64,000 nt of DNA from Oscillospiraceae bacterium (GTDB taxonomy: Bacteria; Bacillota; Clostridia; Oscillospirales; Oscillospiraceae), in contig JAFQTF010000026.1 of the NCBI GenBank assembly GCA_017409205.1, forward strand, positions 1,275-65,274, in the 5' to 3' direction. Each line of letters opens with the position of its first letter. The stretch's first letter is position 1. The notes below the pieces were generated by a model. The model was not told where the DNA came from and searched no databases. It saw only the letters and a list, made by a program, of their open reading frames with translations. Positions 9,501 to 19,451 of the stretch are shown here, piece by piece. The position numbers and the translations under genes were made by a program.

Positions 9501-10057
9501 CATCTTGCGCTGTCATAGATTTTCAGGATCAGCTCCGGCACCAGGCGGTCATCCCGCCCCAGCCCCTGACTATCCACAAAGGCCTGAAAATCCCCATCCA
9601 TCCGGTCGGACAGATATGCCTGATCCAGCAGCTCAGTCAGCACCTGCTGCCGCAGTTCCAGACATTCGTTTTCATCTGCCACACGAAAATCTGCAGCCAA
9701 ATCCAGATGATAGGCATATTCCCGCAAAAGCTCCGTGCAGAAGCCGTGAACTGTGGATATTTTTGTCAGAAACAGTCGCTGCATCTGCTTCTGCAGATGT
9801 TTGTTCTCCGGATCAGCGGCAATGCGTTCTGTCAGCTTGGATGCGATTTTTCCCCGCAGCTCCGAAGCCGCCGCCTTTGTATAGGTAATGATGAGAAACT
9901 CATCCAGATTGGCAGGCGAAACCGGGTCCGTCAGATATCCCATCAGCCGGTCCACAAGAACTTTCGTCTTACCGGAACCGGCTGCGGCACTGACCAGCAG
10001 TTTTCCGCCCCGGTTTTCCACTGCCTGCCGCTGCTGGGGAGTCAGTTTATCTGCCAT
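6548..10057 (-). CDS. addA: ATP-dependent helicase/nuclease subunit A
   Basis: SAAAGSGKT Walker A, VDEYQD, HKSKGLEF, YVAMTRA, C-terminal nuclease (QGVVD..IVDFKT). Confidence 0.97.
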   Translation of the reverse strand: MADKLTPQQRQAVENRGGKLLVSAAAGSGKTKVLVDRLMGYLTDPVSPANLDEFLIITYTKAAASELRGKIASKLTERIAADPENKHLQKQMQRLFLTKISTVHGFCTELLREYAYHLDLAADFRVADENECLELRQQVLTELLDQAYLSDRMDGDFQAFVDSQGLGRDDRLVPELILKIYDSARCHLDPDGWLEKCVQDSSVESMQDVSQTVWGNYLMEDLKDYLRHQIRVMEQCVRLADQCAGFEKPAENLRRTLVQLQELEAFSSWDDVVRHNSIDYGRLVFPKKNGDPELADRIKAARNACKKGLDKKLLSFTDGSGQLLQDLEDCSGAVRGIVSFVRRFDQAFTRAKKMRRILDFSDLEHKTLDLLTGKSRTAVTAAAREIGSRFREVMVDEYQDSNGVQDAIFSALTAQKQNCFMVGDVKQSIYQFRLADPGIFLEKYRGYVPAEDAQNGMGRKVFLSHNFRSGPEVISAVNDVFSCCMSPGVGGLHYGEAEALREGIPREKLPEPAVELHAIEIREDTYAEEAAYVADQIHRMLSSGSRIRKDGTLQRVSPEDIVILLRSPGSVGAQFRRALEARGIRCSSGGGTDLLATEEIATLRSFLQIIVNPRQDIPLISTLASPVFGFTADDLAQIRAGRKKESFYDALLECGHPKAESFLSVLLALRREARMSPLTQLLEKCFSMTRLDSIYAAMENGDIRRENLQTFFRLASDFEQGHAKDLSRFLQHLESLDGRGIITAGTAPSGCVTIMSIHKSKGLEFPVVFLCGLSRIFNRESLQAQILCDRELGLGLSVADTENRIRYASVAKRAIMVKAARESLSEEMRVLYVAMTRARDRLIMTYTAKNLKSDLQEITLRMDFDGGALLCRDVVCPGEWVLLAAVQRMEAGALHAAGGRPAQLKLGDCPWKICVGSAPDNAAAGVVSHAGTTEIPEFAEQALKQALSFCYPHAAATKAPSKQTATDRKGRWKDAEAAEHTEEPRGVMRNWRTPSFVTATVEGKTYGNAIHAAMQYIRYENCGSEEAVQQEIRRLTAEGFLSEEQGKLVNSAMIAAFFRTEIGEKLRMGVPYLREFKFSILDAGSHYGDGLEGEQVLLQGVVDCALLEPDGITIVDFKTDRVTEESIPAAVAKYAPQVETYAEALQRIYEMPVKARYLYLFRLNRLVEL

Positions 10058-13000
10058 GGCCTGCCATCTCCTTCTCGATTTCCTCCCAGAACCGCTGCGC
10101 GGTCATGGTTTTGTAATTGCGCCTGCCCTGCACCGTTTTTTCATGGCAGATCGTGCCATAGGGACAAAAATCGCAGGCGCTGTGACTGGAGCCCCGGGTA
10201 TAGGGATTGGGCTCCACGGTTCCGGAGACGATCTCCTCCACCATGCGGGCAAGAACCCGGAACACATAGCCTTCCAGCAGCTTCAGCTGATCCCGGTCTG
10301 CCAGATCGCCGGTGAGGGATCCGTCCTTGCGGACGGTATAGCTCATTCGGCTGGGACTGTCCCCGGGTTCCATAGCCTGCAGAATCTCTTCATCGCTAAG
10401 CAGCAGGCCTTTGCGCTTCCACTGACTGCGGCGGAGCTTTTCCGCCTCTTCGGGACTCAGTTTGCCGTCAGCAGGCAAATAGGGTGCACGGGCCGGAAAA
10501 TACTGAACTCCCACCGGCACCGGATTCCCGCCCAGAAGATCCTCGCCGCTATTTTTCAGGGCAAAGAGATACAGCAGCATCTGCAGTCCAACACCGTTGA
10601 ACACATCACAATAGTCAAAATCCTTGCGTCCGGTCTTGTAGTCCACCACCCGGTAATAGTCCGTGCCCTGCCGGTGCCAGGTATCCACCCGGTCCACAAA
10701 TCCCCGCAGGACAGCATTCATACCTCTGTTGGGGATGGCAATGGAGGGCTGTCCCCCGGGACTGCCGAAATTGACTTCAAATTCTCTGGGTTCAAACAGA
10801 GACTCCCGCAGTTCTTCCCAAAGCTCCTGCACCACCATATCCAGTTCCTGAATATTCCGCCGGAAAAGATATGTAAGTCTGTCGGATGTGATCTGACTGA
10901 AGCGTTCACGGGTGTACGCATCACTGTAACCATGAGCAATTTCCAGAGTCTCCTCCAGCGATACATTCCGGAAGCCGCCTCTGTCCCGGATACACCTGGC
11001 CGTATTCTCCAGAACTGCATGAACATAGGTACCGAACTCCGCCGGATCCACGGAAGCTTCCTTCCGTTCCTTTGCTCGCAGACCATATTTCAGGAAATAG
11101 GACATCCGGCACTCTGCCTGACGGTCGATCTGGGATGCGGAAAGATTCAGGGTCCTGCCGTAAAGGGCCTGGATGTTCTCAAGCCTGACCTTTCCGATAT
11201 GATAATTTCTCCGGAAGTCTGCACTGCGGTATTCCTTCATCAGATCCAGCCGTTTCGCCTGATCTTCCGCCTGCCATCCTGCCAGCCATGCGGCCGCCTC
11301 TGTTTTATCGGCCGGTGCAAATCCCAGTTCGTCCCGGACCGGTTCCTGTCCGCCGGCCATTTCTGCAAGCCGCCTGAATACAAAGGACGGCTGTTCCCCG
11401 GAGCAGAAAACCCAGATTCCCTGGGTCGCTCCGCAGAAAACCCCATAAATTTCCGCAAATTCCGCCTGAATACCCTCCATGGCGCCGCCGGTCAGCGGCA
11501 CGCCCAGCTCCCGCAGGGTTACACGCTCCTGGTCTGTCAGAATACCGGAAGAGCCGGAATACCCCGGCAGACTGCCTTCCTGAACACCCAGGACGATCAG
11601 GTATTTCTGCTGATGGCAGCGCATGGCCGAAACCGCGCCCATCTGCACTGCATCCAGAACCGGAGGGATAGTGCCCACATCATACTGGCTCAGCAGAAGA
11701 CGGAACAGCCGGGTAAAATGTTCTGCTTCCCAGTGGGTCTGTCCCAGAACGTCATACATCTGTTCCAGGGCAGAGATCAGAATCTCCCACAGCTGATTCA
11801 GGATCTGCGCGCTGCGGTTATCGCCGGCGGCATCCATCTCCCGGGCCATCCGGTCCAACGTCTCTGCAAGGCGGATTTCCTCCAGGAAACGATACAGTGC
11901 CTTTACCTGCTGATGCAGCGCCGTAGCCTCACGAAAGCCCTGCTGCAGCCTCACCAGAGGCCCAATAACCGCCTCCCGGGCAGAATTCAGCAGACGAAGC
12001 CGCTCATGGGAACGTTCGTCCCAGGGCTCTCCCAGTCCATCGGGATGAAAATCCCAGGGTGCAGACCATTTGCTTCCGCGGATACCCCAGAGAATGGCGT
12101 AATTCTCCACCATATCGCAGGTATCCGGATCCAGCGGAGACAGACCGGAGCGAAGATACGCCATAATCTCCCTCTGGTCAAATCCACCGATGGCTGCATC
12201 CAGCGCTGTAATAACGGTATTGATAACACTTTTGTGGAGGATCTCTTCTGTTCCGGAACGGTATACCGGAATTTGAAACCGGTGAAACACCAGATCCACA
12301 AGCGGCTGATACACCCCAATATCTCCGCAGACCAGAGTAATATCCCGGTAACGGCAGCCGGAGGACACCAGTTCCCGGATGATCCGGGCAGCACCCATGC
12401 ACTCTTGCCAGGGATCCTCTCCGTGAAAGGTATGCAGTACCTCCCTGGCACTGCCGGATGCCACCGGTCCCTGGAACAGGCGGTTGCGAACCGGCTTCAT
12501 CCCGGGATGCTTTTCGGGAACCGTTTCGATCTGAACCTCCACACCGGATTGGGTCGCAAGACGGATCAGTTCCTTTGCCGTCTGGCCGGCCTTTTCAAAT
12601 GCCAGCAAACCGGAATCCGGCTGATCGCAGTTGATGCTCACCGTGACATGGGGCGATACCTGGATCAGATGGCGGATAATTGCCATATTCTGCCGGGTGA
12701 AATCCGGAAATCCATCTATGTAAAACACGTGTTCCTGTCCGAAACTGCCCTCTTCCAGCTGCTCCAGCAGCCAGGTCATCTGGTCACGGGGATCTCTCTT
12801 GCCCCGGCTGCACAGGGCGTCATACGTCTCCATCAGCAGCGCCAGTTCTTCCAGTTTCTGGGACAGACTTCCCTCGGTTTTCGCAGCCGCCCGCATCAGA
12901 TCCGCCGGAGAGATACAGCAGCGTTTGAATTCGTCCACCGCATCGATCAGGCCGGTCAAAAACTCCGGCTTTGTTTCCACGGAGGCATAGGCCTTCAGAC

Positions 13001-13307
13001 GGCTGCTGAGCTGGCGCGCCGCCGAGGCCATGGCAACCACCCGTCCGCCATTGTCCAGGCAGGCCATGGCGGCGCTTCCCATGGAATCGGATACCCGGCG
13101 TGCCAGACGGGTAAAGGACAGCACCTCTGCATAGCGGCTTGCCATATCGCCCGCCCAGGCGCATAATCTGCGCTCCATGTCATGGCTGATAAGCTCCGGA
13201 ACGATGAGGATCCGTCCGGAATCTCTGTGTCTGACATCATCTGCGATTCGCTCCAATACGGCATCCCGGTTGGCTGTCCAGTCACGGCCCAGCAAAAGAT
13301 GCAGCAT
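10047..13307 (-). CDS. addB: ATP-dependent helicase/nuclease subunit B
   Basis: Directly upstream of addA; RGFVDRVD..VVDYKTG nuclease motif; Fe-S Cys (CDFCPYGTIC). Confidence 0.93.
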   Translation of the reverse strand: MLHLLLGRDWTANRDAVLERIADDVRHRDSGRILIVPELISHDMERRLCAWAGDMASRYAEVLSFTRLARRVSDSMGSAAMACLDNGGRVVAMASAARQLSSRLKAYASVETKPEFLTGLIDAVDEFKRCCISPADLMRAAAKTEGSLSQKLEELALLMETYDALCSRGKRDPRDQMTWLLEQLEEGSFGQEHVFYIDGFPDFTRQNMAIIRHLIQVSPHVTVSINCDQPDSGLLAFEKAGQTAKELIRLATQSGVEVQIETVPEKHPGMKPVRNRLFQGPVASGSAREVLHTFHGEDPWQECMGAARIIRELVSSGCRYRDITLVCGDIGVYQPLVDLVFHRFQIPVYRSGTEEILHKSVINTVITALDAAIGGFDQREIMAYLRSGLSPLDPDTCDMVENYAILWGIRGSKWSAPWDFHPDGLGEPWDERSHERLRLLNSAREAVIGPLVRLQQGFREATALHQQVKALYRFLEEIRLAETLDRMAREMDAAGDNRSAQILNQLWEILISALEQMYDVLGQTHWEAEHFTRLFRLLLSQYDVGTIPPVLDAVQMGAVSAMRCHQQKYLIVLGVQEGSLPGYSGSSGILTDQERVTLRELGVPLTGGAMEGIQAEFAEIYGVFCGATQGIWVFCSGEQPSFVFRRLAEMAGGQEPVRDELGFAPADKTEAAAWLAGWQAEDQAKRLDLMKEYRSADFRRNYHIGKVRLENIQALYGRTLNLSASQIDRQAECRMSYFLKYGLRAKERKEASVDPAEFGTYVHAVLENTARCIRDRGGFRNVSLEETLEIAHGYSDAYTRERFSQITSDRLTYLFRRNIQELDMVVQELWEELRESLFEPREFEVNFGSPGGQPSIAIPNRGMNAVLRGFVDRVDTWHRQGTDYYRVVDYKTGRKDFDYCDVFNGVGLQMLLYLFALKNSGEDLLGGNPVPVGVQYFPARAPYLPADGKLSPEEAEKLRRSQWKRKGLLLSDEEILQAMEPGDSPSRMSYTVRKDGSLTGDLADRDQLKLLEGYVFRVLARMVEEIVSGTVEPNPYTRGSSHSACDFCPYGTICHEKTVQGRRNYKTMTAQRFWEEIEKEMAGHGR

Positions 13308-13369
13308 ACCATCACCCTTTCTTTTTTATTTCTACATGATACCACAAATTCTGTCCAATGAACAGGGCA

Positions 13370-13990
13370 TTATTCCCCGAAGAATGAATTTTCCAGCCTT
13401 CCCAGCACATCCAGGACCCCGAAGCGGAGCTGATACCCTGTTTCCCCTGTCAGGCTGTCACAAAGCGCATCCGGAAATCCTGCGCCTGTGGCAACATCTG
13501 CCATACCATCGGAAGCTGCCGGCAGACACAAAGACGGAAACACCACACACCACCAGTTTTTTCCGCCTCCCTGCCCTATGATGATCCGCAGGGATTCATA
13601 AACACCTGCCGGCAGGGAAAATGTGTCATAAACTCTGGTATCAAAGGCCTCCCGGCACAGCTTCACGGAAACATCATAGTCGCAGCCAAATCGCCGCAAG
13701 GTATCTGCAGCCACCTGCTGAATATATGGAAGTTTGTCTGCAAGATACCGTTTTGCCTGTTGTATGTCCGTCAGATTCTGCAGATCCAGCCGCAGGCTTT
13801 CCGTGACGGCATCCCGCACCTGCAGCTTCAGAAGCTGGTCTGCTTCACTGTCGGAGGCGGCTACCACATGGAGCCGGATCAGCTCGTTGCGGAGCCGCTG
13901 CCGGTCCGCCAGGACCGTTCCGCACCAGAAGAAAACCGCTGCCAGCATACAAATACACAGTCGTTTCATCATTCTTTTCAATAAAAACAC
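13370..13990 (-). CDS. spoIIR: Stage II sporulation protein R (start codon uncertain)
   Basis: IRLHVVAASDS..DQ.LKL.VRD, LPAGVY, NWWCVVFP motifs; GTATA-18-CATACT forespore-type promoter at 14012-14040. Confidence 0.93.
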   Translation of the reverse strand: MFLLKRMMKRLCICMLAAVFFWCGTVLADRQRLRNELIRLHVVAASDSEADQLLKLQVRDAVTESLRLDLQNLTDIQQAKRYLADKLPYIQQVAADTLRRFGCDYDVSVKLCREAFDTRVYDTFSLPAGVYESLRIIIGQGGGKNWWCVVFPSLCLPAASDGMADVATGAGFPDALCDSLTGETGYQLRFGVLDVLGRLENSFFGE

Positions 13991-14034
13991 CGCCCATACG
14001 GAAATACTTCCAGTATGGACGGTAATATGCAGCT

Positions 14035-14892
14035 TTATACAGGTTCCGCAAGAAATACCCGGGAATAGGTCTCTTTCAGCTGTGCCATCGCTTTTTCCGC
14101 AGATTCCATATCCGGCATGATAGCAAACACCACGGAACCGGAGCCGGTCATCTGGGATGCCAGCGCACCACAGGCATTGCAGACCGTCTTGATATGGCTG
14201 ATCTCCGGATGGTCGGCACTGACCACGGGATCGAATACATTGCAGATCCTTTCCGCAACCATATTCAGATCGCCGGAAGCGAGGGCTTTTTCCATGCCAT
14301 CGTTGTCGGGATGATGGCAGATATCCACGGAATCGATTTTTCTGAACAGGACGGGCGTGGATACGGAAAATTCCGGCTTACAGCCCAGAATAATGCACTT
14401 TGGCATTTCCGGCACCCGTCTCATGATTTCACCGCGGCCCTCGCACATGACGGTACCGCCCAGAACACAGAATGGCACATCACTTCCGATGGTCCCGCCA
14501 AGTGCAGCCAGTTCTTCCGGGGTCAGACTATTGCCGTAATGCCGGTTCAGCATCCGCAGGACTGCTGCGGCATCGGCGCTTCCGCCGCCCATTCCGGCAC
14601 CGGATGGAATATTTTTTTGAATACGGATGGTAATTCCGCCGGGATCCCGATCCACGTATGCAAAGAAAGCGGCAGCGGCCTTCCATGCCAGATTCCGGGC
14701 ATCACAGGGAATATCCTCCCGGTCACAAATCATTTTCCATGGTTCTCCCGTTCCCAGATCCAGTTCCACCGGATCATGCAGAGACACGGTTTGCATCACG
14801 CTTTTCAGATCATGGAAACCATCCGCCCGCTTTCCCAGCACATCCAGGGTCAGATTCAGTTTGGCATAAGCCTTTTCATGCAGTGTAATCAT
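14035..14892 (-). CDS. ispE: 4-diphosphocytidyl-2-C-methyl-D-erythritol kinase
   Basis: AKLNLTL, KNIPSGAGMGGGSADAA, GSDVPF, MTGSGS motifs. Confidence 0.96.
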   Translation of the reverse strand: MITLHEKAYAKLNLTLDVLGKRADGFHDLKSVMQTVSLHDPVELDLGTGEPWKMICDREDIPCDARNLAWKAAAAFFAYVDRDPGGITIRIQKNIPSGAGMGGGSADAAAVLRMLNRHYGNSLTPEELAALGGTIGSDVPFCVLGGTVMCEGRGEIMRRVPEMPKCIILGCKPEFSVSTPVLFRKIDSVDICHHPDNDGMEKALASGDLNMVAERICNVFDPVVSADHPEISHIKTVCNACGALASQMTGSGSVVFAIMPDMESAEKAMAQLKETYSRVFLAEPV

Positions 14893-15020
14893 GGCTTTTC
14901 CTCCGTTCCTTTTGTTTTATTATAGCGAATCCGCAGCGGAATTTCAATTCCACAGGAAAAAATCATATTTCTCAAAATTCGGGGCAACCTATCCACACCA
15001 GAAGAAAAGGAGGTTGCGTC

Positions 15021-15224
15021 ATGGATACCATTGCACTGATCCTATCAGTAGTCGGATGTCTGAACTGGGGACTGATCGGTCTGTTCCAGTTTGACCTGGT
15101 CGCCTGGCTTTTCGGCGGACAGGGTGCGCTGTTCAGCCGGCTGGTCTACACCATCGTCGGACTTGCGGGCATATGGTGCGCCACGTTCCTGTTTCGCAGG
15201 CATGCCATGGTTGAGGGTGAATAA
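15021..15224 (+). CDS. DUF378 family small membrane protein
   Basis: VGCLNWGLIGLFQFDLVA...SRLVY.IVG pattern; AGGAGG RBS. Confidence 0.88.
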   Translation: MDTIALILSVVGCLNWGLIGLFQFDLVAWLFGGQGALFSRLVYTIVGLAGIWCATFLFRRHAMVEGE

Positions 15225-15263
15225 AAAAACGGCAGTTCCTTTCGGAACTGCCGCTATCCATTA

Positions 15264-16364
15264 TCAGAAAGAGCAACGGACGATACATTCCACACGCTGG
15301 TCGCCATAATCACCGTAAATTCTGGTGATGCCGGATCCCGTTGCGGTAATCACGCCGTCATGAACAATGGCAACCGTGGAGTCCATGGTGAACCATGTCA
15401 GATCCGTAAGCTCCAGATCACAGTCCAGTTCCAGAGTTACGCTGGTATACCGGGCGAAGATGGAAATATCAGACTTCTTCAGCTTCACCACCAGCTCACC
15501 GAATTCGGTGGCATCGGTGCTTTCCTGAGGCTGGGTCTCTCCGGCAGCTTCCGTGGCCTCTGTGGCTTCGGTGGTACCGTCTGTGGTTTCACCGGTTTCT
15601 TCCGTCTCTTCGGTATCCACTTCCAGTGCAGGAATGGTCTCCGTAGCGATGGTTTCCACGCCGGCAGAATAGTCAACCACCACATTGGTGCTGATCTTCT
15701 TATCGCCGCAGGTAACAATGATCTGTGCCGTGCCTTCTCCAACGGCTGTGACTGTACCGCTCTCATTGACCGTCACAACGGATTCGTCACTGGAAGAATA
15801 GGTCAGGGTGTCTGTGGTATCCTTGGGGAATACCTGAACGTTCATCAGCCACTTTCCGCCTTCTCCCAGTTCGATCTTGCCGCCGGGCACAGAGAGATTC
15901 ACACAGGGAATGGTCAGTTCCGTTGTCTGAACAGGCACCGTCTCCGTCGGCAGGGTGGTAACCACGGGGGTCGTCTCCTCAGGCTGGGTCATATTGGGCA
16001 GGAAATACCGGACAAAGAAGAAACCGGCCGTTGCCAGCAGCAGTACGATCAGAATCAGCAGAACCACCACCAGGCCCACATTGGTCCGGGACTGGTCTTC
16101 GTCCTCCTCTTCCTCCTCTTCATCGTAGTCATCTTCCTCCGGCTGATTCCTGGAACGCGTCACATCGTTGACCTCATCGAAGTCAAATACCTTACTCTTC
16201 TTCCGGGGCTCGGTGGTCATCACCGCTTCCTCCAGGATTCCCTCTGTCAGAAATTCTTCTTCCATATTGTCCAATCCAAAGTCTCTGGAGCATCCGCAGG
16301 TGGGACACTTGTCCTCAGAATCCGGATAAATGGTTCCGCAAATATCGCAAACTACCTTTTCCAT
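15264..16364 (-). CDS. Membrane protein: N-terminal zinc ribbon, acidic linker, single TM helix, extracellular Ig-like (Big_2) domains
   Basis: CDICG..CPTCG; hydrophobic stretch; YSSSDESVVTV..GTVTAVGEGTAQI Big_2 pattern; AGGAGG RBS. Confidence 0.8.
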   Translation of the reverse strand: MEKVVCDICGTIYPDSEDKCPTCGCSRDFGLDNMEEEFLTEGILEEAVMTTEPRKKSKVFDFDEVNDVTRSRNQPEEDDYDEEEEEEDEDQSRTNVGLVVVLLILIVLLLATAGFFFVRYFLPNMTQPEETTPVVTTLPTETVPVQTTELTIPCVNLSVPGGKIELGEGGKWLMNVQVFPKDTTDTLTYSSSDESVVTVNESGTVTAVGEGTAQIIVTCGDKKISTNVVVDYSAGVETIATETIPALEVDTEETEETGETTDGTTEATEATEAAGETQPQESTDATEFGELVVKLKKSDISIFARYTSVTLELDCDLELTDLTWFTMDSTVAIVHDGVITATGSGITRIYGDYGDQRVECIVRCSF

Positions 16365-16506
16365 TTCGGCTTCCTCCTGTCAAAAATATACTATAAGCCA
16401 TTATTGCGACATATTATACCACCCTTCGACAAAGAAAACAAGTACAAAGCTGTTGCATTTTTCGTATTTTTATTTTATGATAGAGTGGTATAAGGAGGCG
16501 ATATCA

Positions 16507-19305
16507 TTGTCTGAACTGAAACTTGTCTCTCCTTTGCTGGACGGTTTTGTCATGGGCAACCCCATGAGTGATCACGACGGCATTCGCTGCTGTCCCGCCA
16601 TGAAGGAAAATACTGACGAGAAATATATTGTAAAAATCATCTCTGTGCCTGCATCTCAGGTACAGCTGGACGCGCTGCTGCTGACCGGAGCCTATAAGGA
16701 TCCTGCCGATGCCATGGATTATTTCAAGGATGTGGCAGACAGCATCGTTGCCGAAGTGGAACAGCTGAACACCCTTTCCAGGTTGGAAGGCTTCCTGCCC
16801 TATGAAGGCTGCCAGGTGGTTCCCATGGAGGACGGCAAGCTGGGCTACGAAGTCTATCTGCTGAGCCGGTACAGACGTTCCCTGCTGCGCTATATGCGCA
16901 AAAATCCTGTGACCCATCTGGAAGCTGTAAATCTGGGTCTTGATCTGTGTGCATCCCTTGCCATTGCACGGCGGGCAGGTTATCTCTATGTAGATCTGAA
17001 GCCGGCCAACATTTTCCTGACCAGGGACAAACAATACCGGATCGGTGATCTGGGCCTTATTCCCCTGGATTCTCTGACCTACACCTCCCTGCCCGGAAAA
17101 TTCCGCAGTCCCTACTCTCCCCCGGAGGCACTGGACGATCTGAAGACCCTGAACAAAACCGCAGATACTTATGCGGCAGGCATGATCCTCTATCAGATTT
17201 ACAATGAGGGCAGTCTTCCCGCTCCGCCGCTGGAACCGACGGATCCTTTCCCCCATCCTTCCAACGCCGATTACGAAATTTCTTCCATCATCATGAAGGC
17301 TCTGGATCCGGATCCCGGCAAACGCTGGGCGGACCCCATGGAGATGGGTCAGGCGCTGGTCGGCTATATGCAGCGCAATACCGTAAACAATACGCCTATC
17401 GTTCCCCCTTCCGGGATCCTGATCGCAGAGGATGCACCTGCCGCCTCTGCCCCGGGTACCATTCAGAATGCTGACAGCAATACAGAATCTGCGCCAACCG
17501 ATGCCGAAGCAGAAACCACTGTGGAAGCAGATACCATCGTCGAAGCAGAAGCTGCTGAAGCAGATGTTTCCGTGGAAGCTGAAGCTGAGACTGCTGCAGC
17601 AGAAGAAACGCAGAAGCCGCTCGTCCCCGCTGAACAGCCGGAGGATGAGGACGAAGATCTGGATTTCAGCATTGCCTTTACCGGCATTTCCGAGTCCGAA
17701 GAGGAAACTGTCGACGAGACACCGGAAATCCCTGCGACCAGACCTCTGCCTGTCCGCCGCAAGCCCAGAAGAGGCAAAGGCCTTCTGGGTCTGGCAGCTG
17801 CGCTGATGGTTCTGGCCTGCATCGGCTGCGGTGCTTTCTGGTTCTATCAGACCCAGTACCTGCAGACCATTGACAATCTGATCCTGGACGGTACACAGCA
17901 TGAGCTGACCGTTACAGTCGAGACGGATATGGATACCTCCCTGCTGCAGGTCACCTGTACCGATACATACGGCAACAGCACCTCCAGTCCTCTGGTAAAC
18001 GGACAGGCCGTTTTTACCGACCTGCTGCCTGACTCCCTGTACCGCATCGAGGTCACCGTGGATGGTTTCCATGCACTGGAAGGCAGAACGGCTGAGATCT
18101 TCACCACCGATGCTCTGAGCAATGTGGTCAGCATTTCTGCTGTCACCGGCCCCGAGGATGGCTCTGTCATGGTGAATTTCACGGTGGATGGTTCTGATCC
18201 CGAGGAATGGGTCATCACCTGCTCCGCCCCCGGAGAAGAGGACATCGTGCAGACCTTTACCGGTCACTCCGTCACCATCAAGGGACTGAGCGTGGGCAAG
18301 ATCTACACCTTGACCCTGGGTGCTTCCAACGGCGATCCCATTCTGGGTACCAATTCCGTGGAATTTTCTGCAACACAGCTGGTCATGGCCAAAAATCTGA
18401 CCATTTCCGACTATGTCGACGGTATGCTGACCGTTCGCTGGGATGCACCGGAAGATACTACTGTGGAACGCTGGACCGTTCGCTGCTACAATGATGACGG
18501 CCACGAGGAAACTCTGGAGATCAGTGATACGGAAATCACCTTCACCGGCATCGATGCAACCAAGGCTTACACTGTGGATGTTACGGCCCTTGGCATGACA
18601 GAACCCAGCCGGGTCAGCATCACGGCAAATCCCATTACTGTCACCACCTTCAATGTGGATGATTCGGATCTGGATCAGCTCACTGTCACCTGGGAGTTCG
18701 AAGGCTCCGCCCCCGAAGGCGGCTGGCTGCTGATGTACACAGTGGATGGTCTGGAGGAACAGACCAGTGTTGTGAAATGTCAGGAACCCTCTGCCGTCAT
18801 TGAAACCCGCATCCCCAGTGCAGCCTACCGCTTCACACTGCAGGCTGCGGACTCCACCTCCATTTTCAATCATGTGCATACCTACATCTGCCCCAAGGCC
18901 GAGGTCTTCAACAACCAGGGACTTTCCGCCAACAATGTATCTGCCTACCTTCTGAAGACACCGGAAGAAGAGGCATGGACCATTGACAGTGTGGGCGAGG
19001 ATGCCATCACCGATACCTTCCGGCCCGGCGACAGCATTTCCATGGTGCTGAAGGCCACCGACAATTTCTACCTCCCGGAGATGGATATCGAAGTCATGTA
19101 TGTCATCCGCAATGGCGATGGAAATGTTCTGACCAGATACATTTCCAGAGATACCATTGACTGGAAGCAGCTTTGGTATGACGATGATTACCACAACGGC
19201 GAACTGACCATCCCCAGTGTTCCTACCGAGCCCGGCAACTATTCTGTCAGTGTGTATTTTGACAATCTTGCCGTTACCGCCATCAATTTCTCCATTGTGG
19301 AATAG
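16507..19305 (+). CDS. Atypical Hanks-type Ser/Thr kinase-like membrane protein with extracellular FN3-like repeats
   Basis: TTG start after AAGGAGG; YIVK, YVDLKPANI, DLG, SPPE, D.YAAG kinase subdomains; TM helix; LTVRW..P / YTVDV FN3-like repeats. Confidence 0.8.
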   Translation: MSELKLVSPLLDGFVMGNPMSDHDGIRCCPAMKENTDEKYIVKIISVPASQVQLDALLLTGAYKDPADAMDYFKDVADSIVAEVEQLNTLSRLEGFLPYEGCQVVPMEDGKLGYEVYLLSRYRRSLLRYMRKNPVTHLEAVNLGLDLCASLAIARRAGYLYVDLKPANIFLTRDKQYRIGDLGLIPLDSLTYTSLPGKFRSPYSPPEALDDLKTLNKTADTYAAGMILYQIYNEGSLPAPPLEPTDPFPHPSNADYEISSIIMKALDPDPGKRWADPMEMGQALVGYMQRNTVNNTPIVPPSGILIAEDAPAASAPGTIQNADSNTESAPTDAEAETTVEADTIVEAEAAEADVSVEAEAETAAAEETQKPLVPAEQPEDEDEDLDFSIAFTGISESEEETVDETPEIPATRPLPVRRKPRRGKGLLGLAAALMVLACIGCGAFWFYQTQYLQTIDNLILDGTQHELTVTVETDMDTSLLQVTCTDTYGNSTSSPLVNGQAVFTDLLPDSLYRIEVTVDGFHALEGRTAEIFTTDALSNVVSISAVTGPEDGSVMVNFTVDGSDPEEWVITCSAPGEEDIVQTFTGHSVTIKGLSVGKIYTLTLGASNGDPILGTNSVEFSATQLVMAKNLTISDYVDGMLTVRWDAPEDTTVERWTVRCYNDDGHEETLEISDTEITFTGIDATKAYTVDVTALGMTEPSRVSITANPITVTTFNVDDSDLDQLTVTWEFEGSAPEGGWLLMYTVDGLEEQTSVVKCQEPSAVIETRIPSAAYRFTLQAADSTSIFNHVHTYICPKAEVFNNQGLSANNVSAYLLKTPEEEAWTIDSVGEDAITDTFRPGDSISMVLKATDNFYLPEMDIEVMYVIRNGDGNVLTRYISRDTIDWKQLWYDDDYHNGELTIPSVPTEPGNYSVSVYFDNLAVTAINFSIVE

Positions 19306-19310
19306 TTTTC

Positions 19311-19340
19311 AGCAGCTCCGCTCCAGCGGAGCTGCTTTTC
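19311..19340 (+). terminator. Intrinsic terminator
   Basis: agcagctccg/cggagctgct stem followed by T's. Confidence 0.75.
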
Positions 19341-19451
19341 TTAATTTCCATTATTTGTTTCTTAGTTTTTTCTTAATTTTCAGTTCTGTTCACAACTTTT
19401 TCAGGGATTATGATATAATCAGGACATCTACGGAAAACAAGGAGGAACCCT

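Noticed and set aside
7271-13166. Two very long plus-strand ORFs (1014 and 1092 aa) antisense to addA/addB
   Set aside because: Shadow ORFs from codon bias of the real minus-strand genes; no recognisable motifs. The same applies to 16504-19194, 20632-22833, 32396-35515, 42802-44562, 50244-52190 and similar ORFs.
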